Counted from the first letter of the stretch, positions 1 to 10,859 are shown. The stretch: DNA of 64,000 nt from an uncultured Collinsella sp. (GCA_902488525.1 CABTWP010000001.1:19970-83969), one strand, 5' to 3'. Translations and numbers: made by a program. Notes: generated from the sequence alone by a model not told the origin.

Positions 1-6
1 TATGGG

Positions 7-1194
7 TTAGGAACGGGTTGCGGCGAGCACCTGCGCAGCCTTTTCACGCGCCCACGCATCGATGTCGCGAAGCTGCTCAAACGAATCGACCGCCTGCATA
101 TCGTGGGCATCCATGCAGGATTCCACAATGCGATCGATATCGGTAAAGCTGCAGCCATCGTGCAGGAAGGCATCGACGGCGACCTCGTTGGCGGCATTGA
201 GCACGCACGGCATGGTGCCACCCGTCTTGCCGGCACGTTCGGCCAGTGCCAGACAGCGGAAGGTATCCATGTCGGCAGCATCAAACGTGAGCTGCCCCAG
301 CTCGCGGAAATCGATACGAGCCGCCGGGGTATCCCAACGCTCGGGATACGAGAACGCGAACTGAATGGGAATACGCATGTCGGAAGCACCGAGATGCGCC
401 ATCACGGAGCCGTCGGCGAACTCGACCATAGAGTGAATCTTGGACTGACGCTGCACGACCACGTTAATGAAATCGAGGTCGCAGTTAAACAGATGCATGG
501 CCTCAATGCGCTCTAGGCCCTTGTTCATGAGGGTGGCGGAGTCAATGGTGATCTTGGCACCCATGGCCCACGTGGGATGTGCGAGGGCATCGGCACGCGT
601 CACGCGATTGAGCTCGTCGCGCGTACGGCCAAAGAACGGACCGCCCGAGCAGGTAAGCCAAATACAATGAGCCTCGCGCGGGTCCTCCCCCAGATAGCAC
701 TGGTAGATGGCGGAGTGCTCAGAGTCGACTGGAATAAGCTGGCCCGGTTGTGCCAACGGCATAAGCAAGTCGCCACCGACGACGAGGGACTCCTTGTTGG
801 CAAGGGCAAGGCGCTTATTCGAGGTCAAGGCCGCATGGCTCGCCTCGAGACCGGCGGCGCCCACAATAGCAACGAGCACGCAGTCGACATCGTCGCGACG
901 CGCGAGCTCGCAAACCGCCTGCGCGCCAACGCCGAGCTTCGTTCCCTCGGGCAACTCCTGCAGCACGGCGTCATCGCCGTGAGCGACATCGGCCACGGCA
1001 ACCGCCGGAACCGAGAACTCGCGGGCAGCGGCAACGAGCTCAGAGGTGCTGGAATTAACGGACAGCGCCGTCACCTGCAGGCGATCAGCATGCTGACGGC
1101 ACACATCGAGTGCCTGGGTGCCGATAGAGCCCGTACAACCCAGGATGGCAACACGGAGGCGTCCATCGGGGCCATACGTCGTCTGGAATGACAT
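7..1194 (-). CDS. dxr: 1-deoxy-D-xylulose 5-phosphate reductoisomerase
   Basis: Motifs LGCTGSIG, LALANKESLV, PVDSEHSAI, HPTWAMGAKITIDSATLMNKGLE; context dxr-cdsA-uppS-frr. Confidence 0.97.
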   Translation of the reverse strand: MSFQTTYGPDGRLRVAILGCTGSIGTQALDVCRQHADRLQVTALSVNSSTSELVAAAREFSVPAVAVADVAHGDDAVLQELPEGTKLGVGAQAVCELARRDDVDCVLVAIVGAAGLEASHAALTSNKRLALANKESLVVGGDLLMPLAQPGQLIPVDSEHSAIYQCYLGEDPREAHCIWLTCSGGPFFGRTRDELNRVTRADALAHPTWAMGAKITIDSATLMNKGLERIEAMHLFNCDLDFINVVVQRQSKIHSMVEFADGSVMAHLGASDMRIPIQFAFSYPERWDTPAARIDFRELGQLTFDAADMDTFRCLALAERAGKTGGTMPCVLNAANEVAVDAFLHDGCSFTDIDRIVESCMDAHDMQAVDSFEQLRDIDAWAREKAAQVLAATRS

Positions 1195-2093
1195 TACAGC
1201 ACGCCTCCGATCATCAAAAGCAGCTGCGCGGTAATGCAGCCAAAGATAAGCGAATCGCTACGATCGAGCATGCCGCCATGGCCCGGGATAAGGTTGCCGG
1301 AATCCTTGACGCCCACACCGCGCTTGATGCGCGACTCGATGAGGTCGCCGATAACGCCCAGGACGGACACGACCACGCCGCACAGCAGCGCATAGGGCAG
1401 GCTGAGCTTGTAGAAGTGCGTCGCCCACAGGATGAGCCAAATCAAAACCGAGCCAAGAATGCCGCCAACAAACCCCTCCCAGCTCTTTTTGGGAGAGATC
1501 TTGGGGACCATCTTGTGTTTACCGATACGGCTGCCCACGATGTAGGCAAACGAATCGGAGACCCAAAGGGACGCACAAACGCCCACCGAAAGCAGGGCGC
1601 CGGCAAAACCGGGCACGGCATCGCGCAGCAGCACGATAGCCGACAGCATAAAGCCAGTGTAGATGGGACCCATGAGCGTCACGGCCACATCAGAGATGCG
1701 GGTACGCGGCGACCAGACATACCAAATGCCCACAGCGAGCATCAGGGCAAAAAGCAGGGCATTCAGCAACATCGAATCGCCCAACGCCGACAGCGGAAAG
1801 AGTACGGCGGCAGCGATACCCATGCGCTCGTTAGCCATCTTGCCATCGAGCCTCGTCATACGGAAAAACTCATAGCAGCACAGACCGCTCATGACAGAAA
1901 CAAAGATGGCCGTGGGCACAATACCCAAAACCAAGCACAAGATAAAGACAACGGCGTAGACGATACCGGCGGCGGCACGGGTAATAAAGCCCGCCAGCCA
2001 CGAACCGGTGCCGCTCTTCGCTGCAGGCGCTCCCGAAGTGGCAGCTTTGCGCGCAGGCGTCTTGGGAGAAGATGCCTTGGGACGATTGGACAC
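1194..2093 (-). CDS. cdsA: Phosphatidate cytidylyltransferase
   Basis: Multi-TM protein with ISPKKSWEG and KDSGNLIPGHGGMLDRSDS. Confidence 0.96.
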   Translation of the reverse strand: MSNRPKASSPKTPARKAATSGAPAAKSGTGSWLAGFITRAAAGIVYAVVFILCLVLGIVPTAIFVSVMSGLCCYEFFRMTRLDGKMANERMGIAAAVLFPLSALGDSMLLNALLFALMLAVGIWYVWSPRTRISDVAVTLMGPIYTGFMLSAIVLLRDAVPGFAGALLSVGVCASLWVSDSFAYIVGSRIGKHKMVPKISPKKSWEGFVGGILGSVLIWLILWATHFYKLSLPYALLCGVVVSVLGVIGDLIESRIKRGVGVKDSGNLIPGHGGMLDRSDSLIFGCITAQLLLMIGGVL

Positions 2094-2095
2094 GA

Positions 2096-2890
2096 TTAAG
2101 CCTCCTCGGTCTTGCTCAGTCCACCAAACCTACGGTCACGGCCCTGATAGGCCAAAATGGCGTCGACAAGGCCCCAACGATCAAAATCGGGCCAATAGGT
2201 ATCGGTGACGTAGAACTCGGAATAAGCCACCTGCCACAGCAGATAGTTCGAAAGGCGCAGCTCACCAGAGGTGCGAATCACAAGCTCAGGATCGGGAAGA
2301 CCGGCAGTATAGAGGTGAGAAGCCACCATGTCGTCATCAATTGCGGCAGGGTCGATCTTACCGGCGGCAACGTCGAGTGCGATCTGACGGACAGCGCGAG
2401 TAATCTCGGCACGCGCGCCGTAGTTGACGGCAAGCGCCAGCGTCATACCGGTGTGATCGGCGCACTCAGCAAGACCGCGTTCAAAAACGTCGCGGGTCTT
2501 CTTGGGCAGCGCGGAAATATCACCCAAAAAGACAACGCGCACGTTTTCGCGCTTCAGAAGCGGCAACTCGTCGATGAACGTCTTGGCAAACAGGTGCATC
2601 AAGACGTTGACCTCATGCTGCGGGCGGTTCCAGTTTTCGGTAGAAAACGCATAGGCCGAAAGCACGTCGACGCCCAGGCGCACGCAGGCGGTAATGATCT
2701 CGCGCAGCGAGACGATACCCGCCTTGTGGCCCTCAGTGCGTGCAAGACCGCGCGACGTGGCCCAACGACCGTTGCCGTCCATGATGCATGAGATATGGTG
2801 CGGAATGTTATTGAGGTCAAGGTCTGAAAAACCGACGCCCGCAGGGGCGTCGGCAAAGTACTCGACCAGTTTATGCTCGTCGTATTGCAC
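2096..2890 (-). CDS. uppS: Undecaprenyl diphosphate synthase
   Basis: IMDGNGRWA, YAFSTENWNRP, IRTSGELRLSNYLLWQ. Confidence 0.97.
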   Translation of the reverse strand: MQYDEHKLVEYFADAPAGVGFSDLDLNNIPHHISCIMDGNGRWATSRGLARTEGHKAGIVSLREIITACVRLGVDVLSAYAFSTENWNRPQHEVNVLMHLFAKTFIDELPLLKRENVRVVFLGDISALPKKTRDVFERGLAECADHTGMTLALAVNYGARAEITRAVRQIALDVAAGKIDPAAIDDDMVASHLYTAGLPDPELVIRTSGELRLSNYLLWQVAYSEFYVTDTYWPDFDRWGLVDAILAYQGRDRRFGGLSKTEEA

Positions 2891-2891
2891 C

Positions 2892-3428
2892 TTAGATCTC
2901 CATGACCTCGGCTTCTTTTTCCTTCAGAAGCTCCTCGACCTTGGCGACATACTCATCAGTGTGCTTCTGGACCTTGGCCTGCTCGCGACGGACATCGTCC
3001 TCGGTGAGCTCCTCATCGCGCTCGAGCTTGTTGTTGAAGTCGCGACGGATGTTACGGATAGACACCTTGGCCTGCTCGGCGTACTCGCGGCACTCCTTGA
3101 CGAGCTCGCGACGGCGCTCCTCGGTGGGAGCCGGGAACGGCAGACGAACGACGGTGCCATCGGAGTTGGGGGTAATACCCAGATCGGAAGCGCCGATGGC
3201 CTTGACGATAGCGTTGATAAGTGCCTTGTCCCACGGCTCGATGAGCAGCATGTGGGCCTCGGGGGTCTTGACGGCGGCAATCTGCGTGACCGGCGTGGGA
3301 ACACCGTAATAATCGACGGTGATGTCGGACAGAATGTTGGCATTGGCACGGCCGGTACGGACCTTGGAGAAGTTATGCTTGAGGGACTCGAGCGACTTGT
3401 CCATATGGGCGGTGATGTTCTCTGCCAT
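2892..3428 (-). CDS. frr: Ribosome recycling factor
   Basis: VRTGRAN, TEERRRELVK, IRNIRRD. Confidence 0.97.
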   Translation of the reverse strand: MAENITAHMDKSLESLKHNFSKVRTGRANANILSDITVDYYGVPTPVTQIAAVKTPEAHMLLIEPWDKALINAIVKAIGASDLGITPNSDGTVVRLPFPAPTEERRRELVKECREYAEQAKVSIRNIRRDFNNKLERDEELTEDDVRREQAKVQKHTDEYVAKVEELLKEKEAEVMEI

Positions 3429-3430
3429 GC

Positions 3431-4153
3431 TTAATCCTCCTGATAGACGAGCGTGCCGACGGGCTCACCCGCGAGCGCGCGCTTGACGGTGTCCTCGCCA
3501 TCGATGTTGAGGACCAAAATCGGCATACGGTTGTCCTGGCACAGTGCCGTAGCCGTGGAATCCATAACCTGCAGACCGCGGACGAGCACCTCGTGATAGG
3601 TAATCTTGTCAAAACGGACGGCGTCGGCGCACTTGACGGGATCCTTGTCGTAGATGCCGTCAACCTTGGTGGCTTTAATCAGAATCTCGGCGCCGATCTC
3701 GCACGCACGAAGAGCCGCGGCGGTGTCGGTCGTAAAGTACGGATTGCCCGAACCGGCGGCAAAGATAACGACGTTGCCCTTGGAAAGGTGGTTGATGGCG
3801 CGACGGCGAATATAGGGCTCGCAGATCTCGTTCATCTGGATAGCGCTCATAACGCGGCAGGGAACATCGTTGTGCTCGAAGGCATCCTGCAGGGCGAGCG
3901 CGTTCATAACGGTTGCCAGCATGCCCATGTAGTCGGCCTGAGCACGCTCCATGCCACCGGCAGCGCCGGCCATGCCGCGGAAAATATTGCCGCCGCCGAC
4001 AACGACGCCGACCTCATGGCCAACGGCGAGCAGCTCCTTGACCTGTTTGGCAAGATGGTCGGTAACCTTGGGGTCGATGCCATACTGGCCGTCGCCCATC
4101 AGTGCTTCGCCAGATAGCTTAAGAAGCACGCGTTTATATCGGATGTCGGACAA
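3431..4153 (-). CDS. pyrH: UMP kinase
   Basis: [34 protein letters not shown]. Confidence 0.98.
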   Translation of the reverse strand: MSDIRYKRVLLKLSGEALMGDGQYGIDPKVTDHLAKQVKELLAVGHEVGVVVGGGNIFRGMAGAAGGMERAQADYMGMLATVMNALALQDAFEHNDVPCRVMSAIQMNEICEPYIRRRAINHLSKGNVVIFAAGSGNPYFTTDTAAALRACEIGAEILIKATKVDGIYDKDPVKCADAVRFDKITYHEVLVRGLQVMDSTATALCQDNRMPILVLNIDGEDTVKRALAGEPVGTLVYQED

Positions 4154-4213
4154 AGCGATCCTCCTTTAGATTGAACTCTCAACATTCTATCAAAGGCTCT
4201 AAGAAGAGCCATG

Positions 4214-4248
4214 AAAAAGCAGGCTGTGAGTAAAACCCACAGCCTGCT
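4214..4248 (-). terminator. Intrinsic terminator after tsf
   Basis: 11-bp stem AGCAGGCTGTG/CACAGCCTGCT followed by a U-run on the minus strand. Confidence 0.8.
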
Positions 4249-4271
4249 CATTACCAGCTACAAGAGCTTAT

Positions 4272-5141
4272 TTACTCGCCACGAACCAGACGGTCAAAGG
4301 CAACGACGGTAATGGTGTCGCCGAGCTCCTTGGAAACCTGCTCAGCGTACTTCTTGATGGTGAGGGAGCTGTCCTTGATGAACTCCTGCTCGGTGAGCAC
4401 GGACTGCTTGTAGAACTTCTCCAGACGGCCGACAGCCATCTTCTCCTGGATAGCCTCGGGCTTACCGGACTCGGCAGCCTGAGCCATGTAGATCTGCTTC
4501 TCGTGCTCGACGGTCTCGGCCGGAACCTGATCGCGGGTAGCACAGATCGGGGCGACGGCGGCAACCTGAAGGGCAACGTCGTGAGCGAAGGTCTTGAAGG
4601 ACTCAGCCTGAGCGGTCTCGGCCTTCTCGAAGGCGAACTCGACGAGGACGCCGATCTTACCACCCATGTGGATGTAAGAAGCGAGCGCGCCGTTCTCAGC
4701 CTTGCGAGCAGCGAAGCGGGAGATCTTCATGTTCTCGCCCATGATGTGAATCATCTCGGTGAGCTCGGAGGAAACGGTCTCCTCGCCCATCGGCTTCTCG
4801 AGCAGAGCGTCGACGTCAGCAGGCTCGGTGGTAGCGACAACCTCAGCGACCTTGGAAGCAAAGCCGGTGAACTTGGCGTTGGAGCCAACGAAGTCGGTCT
4901 CGCAGGAGAGCTCGAGCAGAGCGCCGGTCTTGCCATCCTCGGAGACGAACGCGGCGACAGCGCCCTCGTTGGTCTCACGGCCAGCCTTCTTGGCAGCCTT
5001 GGCAAGGCCGTTCTTACGCAGAACGTCGACAGCGGCGTCCATGTCGCCGTCAGCCTCGACGAGAGCCTTCTTGCACTCCATCATCGGGGAGTCGGTCATC
5101 TCGCGGAGCTGCTTAACCATAGCGGCGGTAATCTGGGCCAT
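4272..5141 (-). CDS. tsf: Elongation factor Ts
   Basis: MAQITAAMVKQLRE, ELSCETDFV; start placed at ATG 5141. Confidence 0.97.
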   Translation of the reverse strand: MAQITAAMVKQLREMTDSPMMECKKALVEADGDMDAAVDVLRKNGLAKAAKKAGRETNEGAVAAFVSEDGKTGALLELSCETDFVGSNAKFTGFASKVAEVVATTEPADVDALLEKPMGEETVSSELTEMIHIMGENMKISRFAARKAENGALASYIHMGGKIGVLVEFAFEKAETAQAESFKTFAHDVALQVAAVAPICATRDQVPAETVEHEKQIYMAQAAESGKPEAIQEKMAVGRLEKFYKQSVLTEQEFIKDSSLTIKKYAEQVSKELGDTITVVAFDRLVRGE

Positions 5142-5186
5142 TGTGGTTCCTTTCAAAGAGATGAAAAAGAATTAACTAAGACTGAT

Positions 5187-5915
5187 TTACTCGGCCTTGG
5201 GCTCAGCGGCCATCTCGGCCTCGGAGACCTGCTCCTTGCCGGAGCCAGCGAGGCAGGCGTCAGCCATGAGCTCGCACATAAGGGTGACAGCGGAGATAGC
5301 GTCATCGTTGCAGGGGATGCCGTACTCGACCTCGTCGGGATCGGAGTTGGTGTCGATCAGGGCGACGACGGGGATGTTCAGGCGCTGGGCCTCCTTGATG
5401 GCGTTCTCCTCGCGCTTGGTGTCGATGACGAAGAGAGCCTGGGGCAGACCCTTCATGTCGCGGGCGCCACCGAGGTTGGTCTGGAGCTTGGTGAGCTCCT
5501 TGCCGAGAACAGCCTGCTCCTTCTTGGGCAGAACAGCCATGCGGCCGTCCTCGACCATAGCCTCGAGCTCCTCCATGCGGTTGATGCGGGAGCGGATGGT
5601 GACGAAGTTGGTCAGCATACCGCCGAGCCAACGCTGGTTGATGTAAGGCATGTTGGCGCGCTCAGCAGCGTTCTTGACGGCCTCCTGAGCCTGCTTCTTG
5701 GTGCCGACGAACAGCACGTTGCCACCCTTGGCGACGTTCTTGACGAAGGTGTAGGCCTGGTCGGCGTCGAGGATGGTCTGCTTGAGGTCAAGGATATAGA
5801 TGCCGTTGCGCTCACCGAAGATGAACGGCTTCATCTTGGGGTTCCAGCGACGGGTCTGGTGACCGAAGTGGCAGCCGGCCTCGAGCAGGGTGCGGATATT
5901 AATCTTGGTAGCCAT
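5187..5915 (-). CDS. rpsB: 30S ribosomal protein S2
   Basis: [29 protein letters not shown]. Confidence 0.98.
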   Translation of the reverse strand: MATKINIRTLLEAGCHFGHQTRRWNPKMKPFIFGERNGIYILDLKQTILDADQAYTFVKNVAKGGNVLFVGTKKQAQEAVKNAAERANMPYINQRWLGGMLTNFVTIRSRINRMEELEAMVEDGRMAVLPKKEQAVLGKELTKLQTNLGGARDMKGLPQALFVIDTKREENAIKEAQRLNIPVVALIDTNSDPDEVEYGIPCNDDAISAVTLMCELMADACLAGSGKEQVSEAEMAAEPKAE

Positions 5916-6065
5916 GTTAAACCTCCTGTGGTTTGCCTCCGCGCGGGGTCATCCTCCAAAACCAACCCGGACATGTGCTACCAAAGCCCGGGCACCACGG
6001 TATGAAGTAGCCGCGCGTGCGTGATAAAAACATGTTGCCGTGAAGCAACCCGATGAATGATAGCA
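5916..6065 (-). promoter_or_regulatory. rpsB promoter and structured leader (probable S2 autoregulatory element)
   Basis: Extended -10 TGCTATCAT at 6057-6065; leader with CACGCACGCG...CGCGGAGGC, an internal hairpin and SD AGGAGG. Confidence 0.5.
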
Positions 6066-6134
6066 GGAATGCTTCTTCCTGCCAACCCGCAATCAAAACC
6101 ACACACCTGAGTGCGGCGCGGGACGTCCCAGCAA

Positions 6135-7055
6135 CTATTCGCCGCGGGGATGGGCTTGAGCCACAGCCCGCTTAAGCCGATCGGGTGTGAGATGCGTGTA
6201 GATCTGCGTCGTGGACAGGCTCGCATGACCCAGCAGCTCTTGGACCGAGCGCAGGTCCGCACCGCCCTCGAGCAAGTCGGTCGCAAAGGTATGGCGCATC
6301 GCATGCGGGGCGATGTCGGCCGGAATGCCAGCGAGCGTCGCCAGCGTATGGAACCGCCGCCGGAGCATGGCGGCGCTCATGCGATTGCCGCGCGCCGATA
6401 TAAGCAGCGGATGCGGCCCGGTGGCGGGGTCACGGCGCTTTGCCTGAGCGAGCAACACCGGCCTCCCCTCCTCAATATAGAAACGAGTCACCTCGAGCGC
6501 ACGACGATACAGGGGGACGATACGTTCTTTGCTCCCCTTGCCCCACAGGCGCAGCGTGCGCTCGGACCATGAGATGGATTCCACATTGAGCGCCGCAAGC
6601 TCTGAGATGCGGGCACCCGAGGCATAGAGCAACTCGAGCATCGCCGCATCGCGCAGTCCCGCGGGTGTTGAGGTATCGGGGGCTTTGAGGAGTGCCTCCA
6701 CCTGTTGAGTCGTAAGGACGCCCGGCAGGTCGCGCGGCAGCTTGGGCGATGCGATCGCCGAGACCGCATCGCCCTCGACAATCCCCTCGACAGCCATCCA
6801 CCGATAGAGTGAGCGAATGGCAGACAGGTGTGCCGCAAGGGTCCGAGCCGCCACCTGGCCACGCGACAGCTCGGCCAAATAGGAACGAACGGTCCGTACG
6901 TCGGCGGCGCGAGCGTCGATGCCCTCGCGTTCGCACCACGCAGCAAAGCGCTCCAGCCTCGAGCCATAGGCCGTCACCGTGTTGGGAGAAAGTCCCTCGA
7001 CGCGTGCGATATAGGCGATAAACGAGTCGACGGTGTCGTACAGGTCAAAGGCTAT
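6135..7055 (-). CDS. xerC: Tyrosine recombinase XerC/XerD family
   Basis: LYASGARISEL, GKGSKER, PHAMRHTFATDLL, LLGHASLSTTQIYTH; frame stays open upstream of 6977 through a typical N-terminus to an ATA at 7055; context trmFO-xerC. Confidence 0.88.
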   Translation of the reverse strand: MAFDLYDTVDSFIAYIARVEGLSPNTVTAYGSRLERFAAWCEREGIDARAADVRTVRSYLAELSRGQVAARTLAAHLSAIRSLYRWMAVEGIVEGDAVSAIASPKLPRDLPGVLTTQQVEALLKAPDTSTPAGLRDAAMLELLYASGARISELAALNVESISWSERTLRLWGKGSKERIVPLYRRALEVTRFYIEEGRPVLLAQAKRRDPATGPHPLLISARGNRMSAAMLRRRFHTLATLAGIPADIAPHAMRHTFATDLLEGGADLRSVQELLGHASLSTTQIYTHLTPDRLKRAVAQAHPRGE

Positions 7056-8395
7056 GACCGGTCGCCTCCAAACAGATCGGGGCGAGTGGCCAGATAGGCG
7101 TCAAGGGCCTCGAGCGCACGGTCCGCATAGGCCTGGTAGCGGTCGCGCTTGCTGCGGCGCTTACCATCCTCGAGTGGCGGCACCAGGCCAAAGTTGACAT
7201 GCATGGGCTGATAGCCCACGGTGGCAGGATCGGTCGCATAGCCCACGAGCGCACCCAGGGCGCCCACGCGGGGCAACTCGACGGAATCGGCGCCGATAGC
7301 CTCTGCATAGGTGTTGAGCGCCGCGAGCAGACCGGTCGCCACGGCTTCCATGTACCCCTCGGTGCCGGTGATCTGACCGGCCAGGCGCACGCCGGTACCG
7401 GGCACGGCAAAGGTGCCATCGAGCACGTGCGGGGCGTCGACAAAGGTATTGCGGTGCATGACACCGTAGCGGAAGAACTCAGCGTTCTCCAGGCCCGGCA
7501 CCATATGGAAGACGCGCTTCTGCTCGCCAAAGGTCAGGTTGGTCTGGAAGCCCACCAGGTTATAGGCGGTCTTCTCCTTGTTCTCGGCACGCAGCTGAAT
7601 CGCCGCCCAAGGGCGACGTCCGGTACGCGGGTCGGTGAGGCCGACGGGCTTCATGGCGCCAAAGCGAATGGCGTCCTTGCCGGTGCGCGCAACCTCCTCG
7701 GCAGGCTGGCAGGCCTGGAACAGATCGCCGCCCTCAAAGTCCTTGAGCACCACGCGGTCGGCCGTGGTGAGCGCCTCGATAAAGGCCTCGTACTCCTCCT
7801 TGTTGAGCGGAGCGTTGAGATAGTCGCCGCTCCCCTGCTCCTCGTAGCGCGACTGCGAAAACAGCACGTCCATATCGAGCGTGGAGGCATCGACGATCGG
7901 CGCCGCGGCATCGAAGAACGCAAGGGCGTCGCCACCGACGAGCTTCATGACCTCTTCGCTCAGCGCCGGTGAACACAGCGGGCCCGCGGCAATGACCACG
8001 TGGCCCTCGGGGATCTGGGTGACCTCGCCGTGAACGACCTCGATATTGGGGCGGGCGGCAACCTCAGCCTCGACGAGCTCGGAGAATGTAACACGGTCGA
8101 CCGCCAGGGCGCCACCAGCGGGAACAGCAGCGCGATGGGCGCAGTCGAGAAGGACTGAACCCATGCGCTCAAGCTCGGCCTTCAGCAAACCAGCCGCGGA
8201 ATCCGGACGGGTCGACTTAAACGAATTGGAGCAGACGAGCTCTGCCAGGTGATCGGTATGGTGAGCCGGGGAGCTCACCTGGGGGCGCATCTCGCACAGC
8301 TTTACGGCAAACCCGCGGTCTGCCAGCTGGATCGCGCATTCCGAACCCGCCAGACCGCCACCGATAACCGTCACCTGATCGAACTGCATCTGCAA
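7052..8395 (-). CDS. trmFO: tRNA (uracil-5)-methyltransferase TrmFO
   Basis: VIGGGLAGSE, ELVCSNSF, YNLVGFQTNL, AGQITGTEGY. Confidence 0.96.
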   Translation of the reverse strand: MQMQFDQVTVIGGGLAGSECAIQLADRGFAVKLCEMRPQVSSPAHHTDHLAELVCSNSFKSTRPDSAAGLLKAELERMGSVLLDCAHRAAVPAGGALAVDRVTFSELVEAEVAARPNIEVVHGEVTQIPEGHVVIAAGPLCSPALSEEVMKLVGGDALAFFDAAAPIVDASTLDMDVLFSQSRYEEQGSGDYLNAPLNKEEYEAFIEALTTADRVVLKDFEGGDLFQACQPAEEVARTGKDAIRFGAMKPVGLTDPRTGRRPWAAIQLRAENKEKTAYNLVGFQTNLTFGEQKRVFHMVPGLENAEFFRYGVMHRNTFVDAPHVLDGTFAVPGTGVRLAGQITGTEGYMEAVATGLLAALNTYAEAIGADSVELPRVGALGALVGYATDPATVGYQPMHVNFGLVPPLEDGKRRSKRDRYQAYADRALEALDAYLATRPDLFGGDRS

Positions 8396-8403
8396 ACACC
8401 TTT

Positions 8404-9339
8404 CTAATTGACACGTTTTCCATTGTGACCGAAGGGCGTCTGGGCGTGAAGGGCAAACTTGGAGGGCGCATACCTTCCATCCATCATGCGCTCGATAAGG
8501 CCCTCGAGTTCAAGCGAACCCAAGAGTTTGAGTACGCCGACAGCATCGAGTGAGACGAGCGCCGCGATGTCGTCGACCTTGAGCGGCGAGGCGATGAGCG
8601 CATGCATCACGGTCTGCTGTGTTGGATTCAGGTCGGCAATGCCGGGAGCATCGGGGCGCGAGTAGCGCAGGGTGCCGTATATGCGAGAGATAGCCATCTC
8701 GATGGACTCCTCGTCGACAATGCAGCAGGCACCGTTCGCAATGAGGTAATTCGTGCCACGCGACTCGGGCGATAGGATCGACCCCGGCACGGCAAGAAGT
8801 TCGCGCCCCAAATCCATAGCAGCCTCGGCTGTAGAAAACGTCCCGGAAGGCATACCCGCCTCGGATACAAAGAGGGCTTGCGACAGGGCCGCGATCACGC
8901 GATTGCGACGCGGAAAGGCAAACTTGCGCGGACCCATGCCCCACGGAGAGATCGACACGACCGCGCCGCCCGTATCGAGCGTGCGCGTAATAAGCCCCGC
9001 GCTCGAACGCGGGTAGACCACGTCGGCGCCCGTCCCCAGCACCACGACGTGTTTGCCGCCGGCGTTGACCGCAGCCCAACCCGAGGCCTGGTCACAACCG
9101 ACCGCACCGCCCGAAACTACCGTCACTCCCGCCTCAACCGCCACCTTCGCCGCAAGCTCTGCCACGGCAAGACCATACGGCGAGGCCTTTCGCGCACCGA
9201 TGATGGAGAGCGCGGGCGTCGAAAGCGCCTCGGGGTTGCCGCGCACATAGAGCGTCTGAGGTACATCAGAAAGCTCCAAAACGGTCTCGGGATACAACGC
9301 GTCACCTGGATGCAGCTCGAAGGTCCCCTCAGCCATCAT
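8404..9339 (-). CDS. dprA: DNA processing protein DprA
   Basis: IIGARKASPYG, VVSGGAVGCD, FPRRNRVIAALS, C-terminal winged helix; start overlaps the comM stop. Confidence 0.93.
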   Translation of the reverse strand: MMAEGTFELHPGDALYPETVLELSDVPQTLYVRGNPEALSTPALSIIGARKASPYGLAVAELAAKVAVEAGVTVVSGGAVGCDQASGWAAVNAGGKHVVVLGTGADVVYPRSSAGLITRTLDTGGAVVSISPWGMGPRKFAFPRRNRVIAALSQALFVSEAGMPSGTFSTAEAAMDLGRELLAVPGSILSPESRGTNYLIANGACCIVDEESIEMAISRIYGTLRYSRPDAPGIADLNPTQQTVMHALIASPLKVDDIAALVSLDAVGVLKLLGSLELEGLIERMMDGRYAPSKFALHAQTPFGHNGKRVN

Positions 9340-10859
9340 TGGTCCCTCCTTCCCTGGTACATCGCCGCCTCGAGCACGTGGTCCTGCGTCACCTGCTCGC
9401 TCTCGGCGACATCTGCGATCGTGCGCGCAATGCGAACAAGGCGCACGATGCCACGCCCTGTGAGATGCGTGCGCTTCGACAGGCCGAGCACACACTTCTC
9501 CGCCGCATCATCGAGCTCAAAGGTCGAAACGACGCCGTCAATGGACCGAGTCTCGTCATCCTCGGCCTCGGCATCCGCATCGTCCATGCGGGATTCGCGC
9601 CAAGCGCGAAAGGCGCGACCGCGCACAACGTAGTCACGTAACTCGGCCGACGACATGCCCTCCGCACCCTCGATAATCACTTGAGGGTCGGGACGGGTCA
9701 CATCGATCATCATGTCGATACGGTCGGCCAAAGGACCGCGCAGTTTAGACCGATAGCGCTCGACCATCGCCGCCGAGCAGCGACACGGTACCTCGCGATC
9801 GCCCAAAAAGCCGCAGGGGCAGGGATTGCTCGCAGCCAGCAGCTGAAAGCGCGACGGGAAGGTAAAAGCCCCGTCGACGCGTACGATCCTCACATAGCCG
9901 CGCTCGATGGGCTGACGCAGCGTCTGCAGCACGCCAGTGGGAAACTCGGCTAGCTCGTCCAAAAAGAGCACGCCGCCATGAGCTAGGCTAATTTCGCCCG
10001 GATGCACTGGACGTCCGCCGCCGATGAGGCCCGCGGTCGAAATGCTGTGATGCGGGCTGCGGAAGGGGCGATGCCCCGCAAGCAGTCCATCGATGTTCTC
10101 GCCCAAGACCGAATGGATGCACAGCGCCTCTTGCTGATCCTCGAGAGAAAGCTCGGGCAAAATGCCTGTCATGCGCCGCGCAAGCATGGTCTTGCCCGAA
10201 CCAGGCGAGCCGATCATGAGCAGTCCGAGCTCGCCGGCGGCCGCAAGCGCCATGCCGCGCTTGGCGACCTCCTGTCCCAGTACGTCGGCATAGTCGAGCT
10301 CGGGCTCAAAGGTCGCCTCGACACCCTCGGAATCCAAGTAGTGCCGTGCGGCATCGCCCATGCCGTGAGCAAGCTGAGACAGATGGTCGATAAAGCCGCA
10401 ATCCACGCCCGCGAGTGGCACATGCTGGTCGGACCTGCCGGCGATAAAAGACAGCCCCATGTCGCGAGCCAATAGCTGAAACGCCACCTCGCCTTTGACA
10501 GGAAGCACCGTGCCGTCCAAGCCGAGCTCGCCGGCGATAAGACAACGATCGAGGTTGTCGCGGGGAATCTGACCATCGGCCGCTAGAACCGCGATGGCGA
10601 TGGGCAGATCAAAGCCGCTACCGGTCTTGCGAATATCGCCGGGCGCCAGATTGACCGTAATGCCCGAGCGCGGGATCTCAAAGCCGGCCGAGCGCATCGC
10701 ACAGCGAATACGACCACGTGACTCCATCACCTCCATACTCGGGATGCCGAGCATCTGAATGCCCGGAACGCCGCCGGCAAGCGAGACCTCGACCGTGACG
10801 TGAATCGCCTCGACGCCGCGGATGCAGGCCGCGTGAACGGCAAACATCTCGAACGCCAT
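9336..10859 (-). CDS. comM: ComM/YifB Mg-chelatase-like AAA+ ATPase
   Basis: VNLAPGDIRKTGSGFDLPIA, GSPGSGKT, HPGEISLAHGGVLFLDE, NPCPCG. Confidence 0.93.
   Translation of the reverse strand: MAFEMFAVHAACIRGVEAIHVTVEVSLAGGVPGIQMLGIPSMEVMESRGRIRCAMRSAGFEIPRSGITVNLAPGDIRKTGSGFDLPIAIAVLAADGQIPRDNLDRCLIAGELGLDGTVLPVKGEVAFQLLARDMGLSFIAGRSDQHVPLAGVDCGFIDHLSQLAHGMGDAARHYLDSEGVEATFEPELDYADVLGQEVAKRGMALAAAGELGLLMIGSPGSGKTMLARRMTGILPELSLEDQQEALCIHSVLGENIDGLLAGHRPFRSPHHSISTAGLIGGGRPVHPGEISLAHGGVLFLDELAEFPTGVLQTLRQPIERGYVRIVRVDGAFTFPSRFQLLAASNPCPCGFLGDREVPCRCSAAMVERYRSKLRGPLADRIDMMIDVTRPDPQVIIEGAEGMSSAELRDYVVRGRAFRAWRESRMDDADAEAEDDETRSIDGVVSTFELDDAAEKCVLGLSKRTHLTGRGIVRLVRIARTIADVAESEQVTQDHVLEAAMYQGRRDQ

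Noticed and set aside
6135..7055. Tyrosine recombinase as the prophage integrase
   Set aside because: It is 37 kb from the prophage, in the conserved housekeeping dprA-trmFO-xerC context
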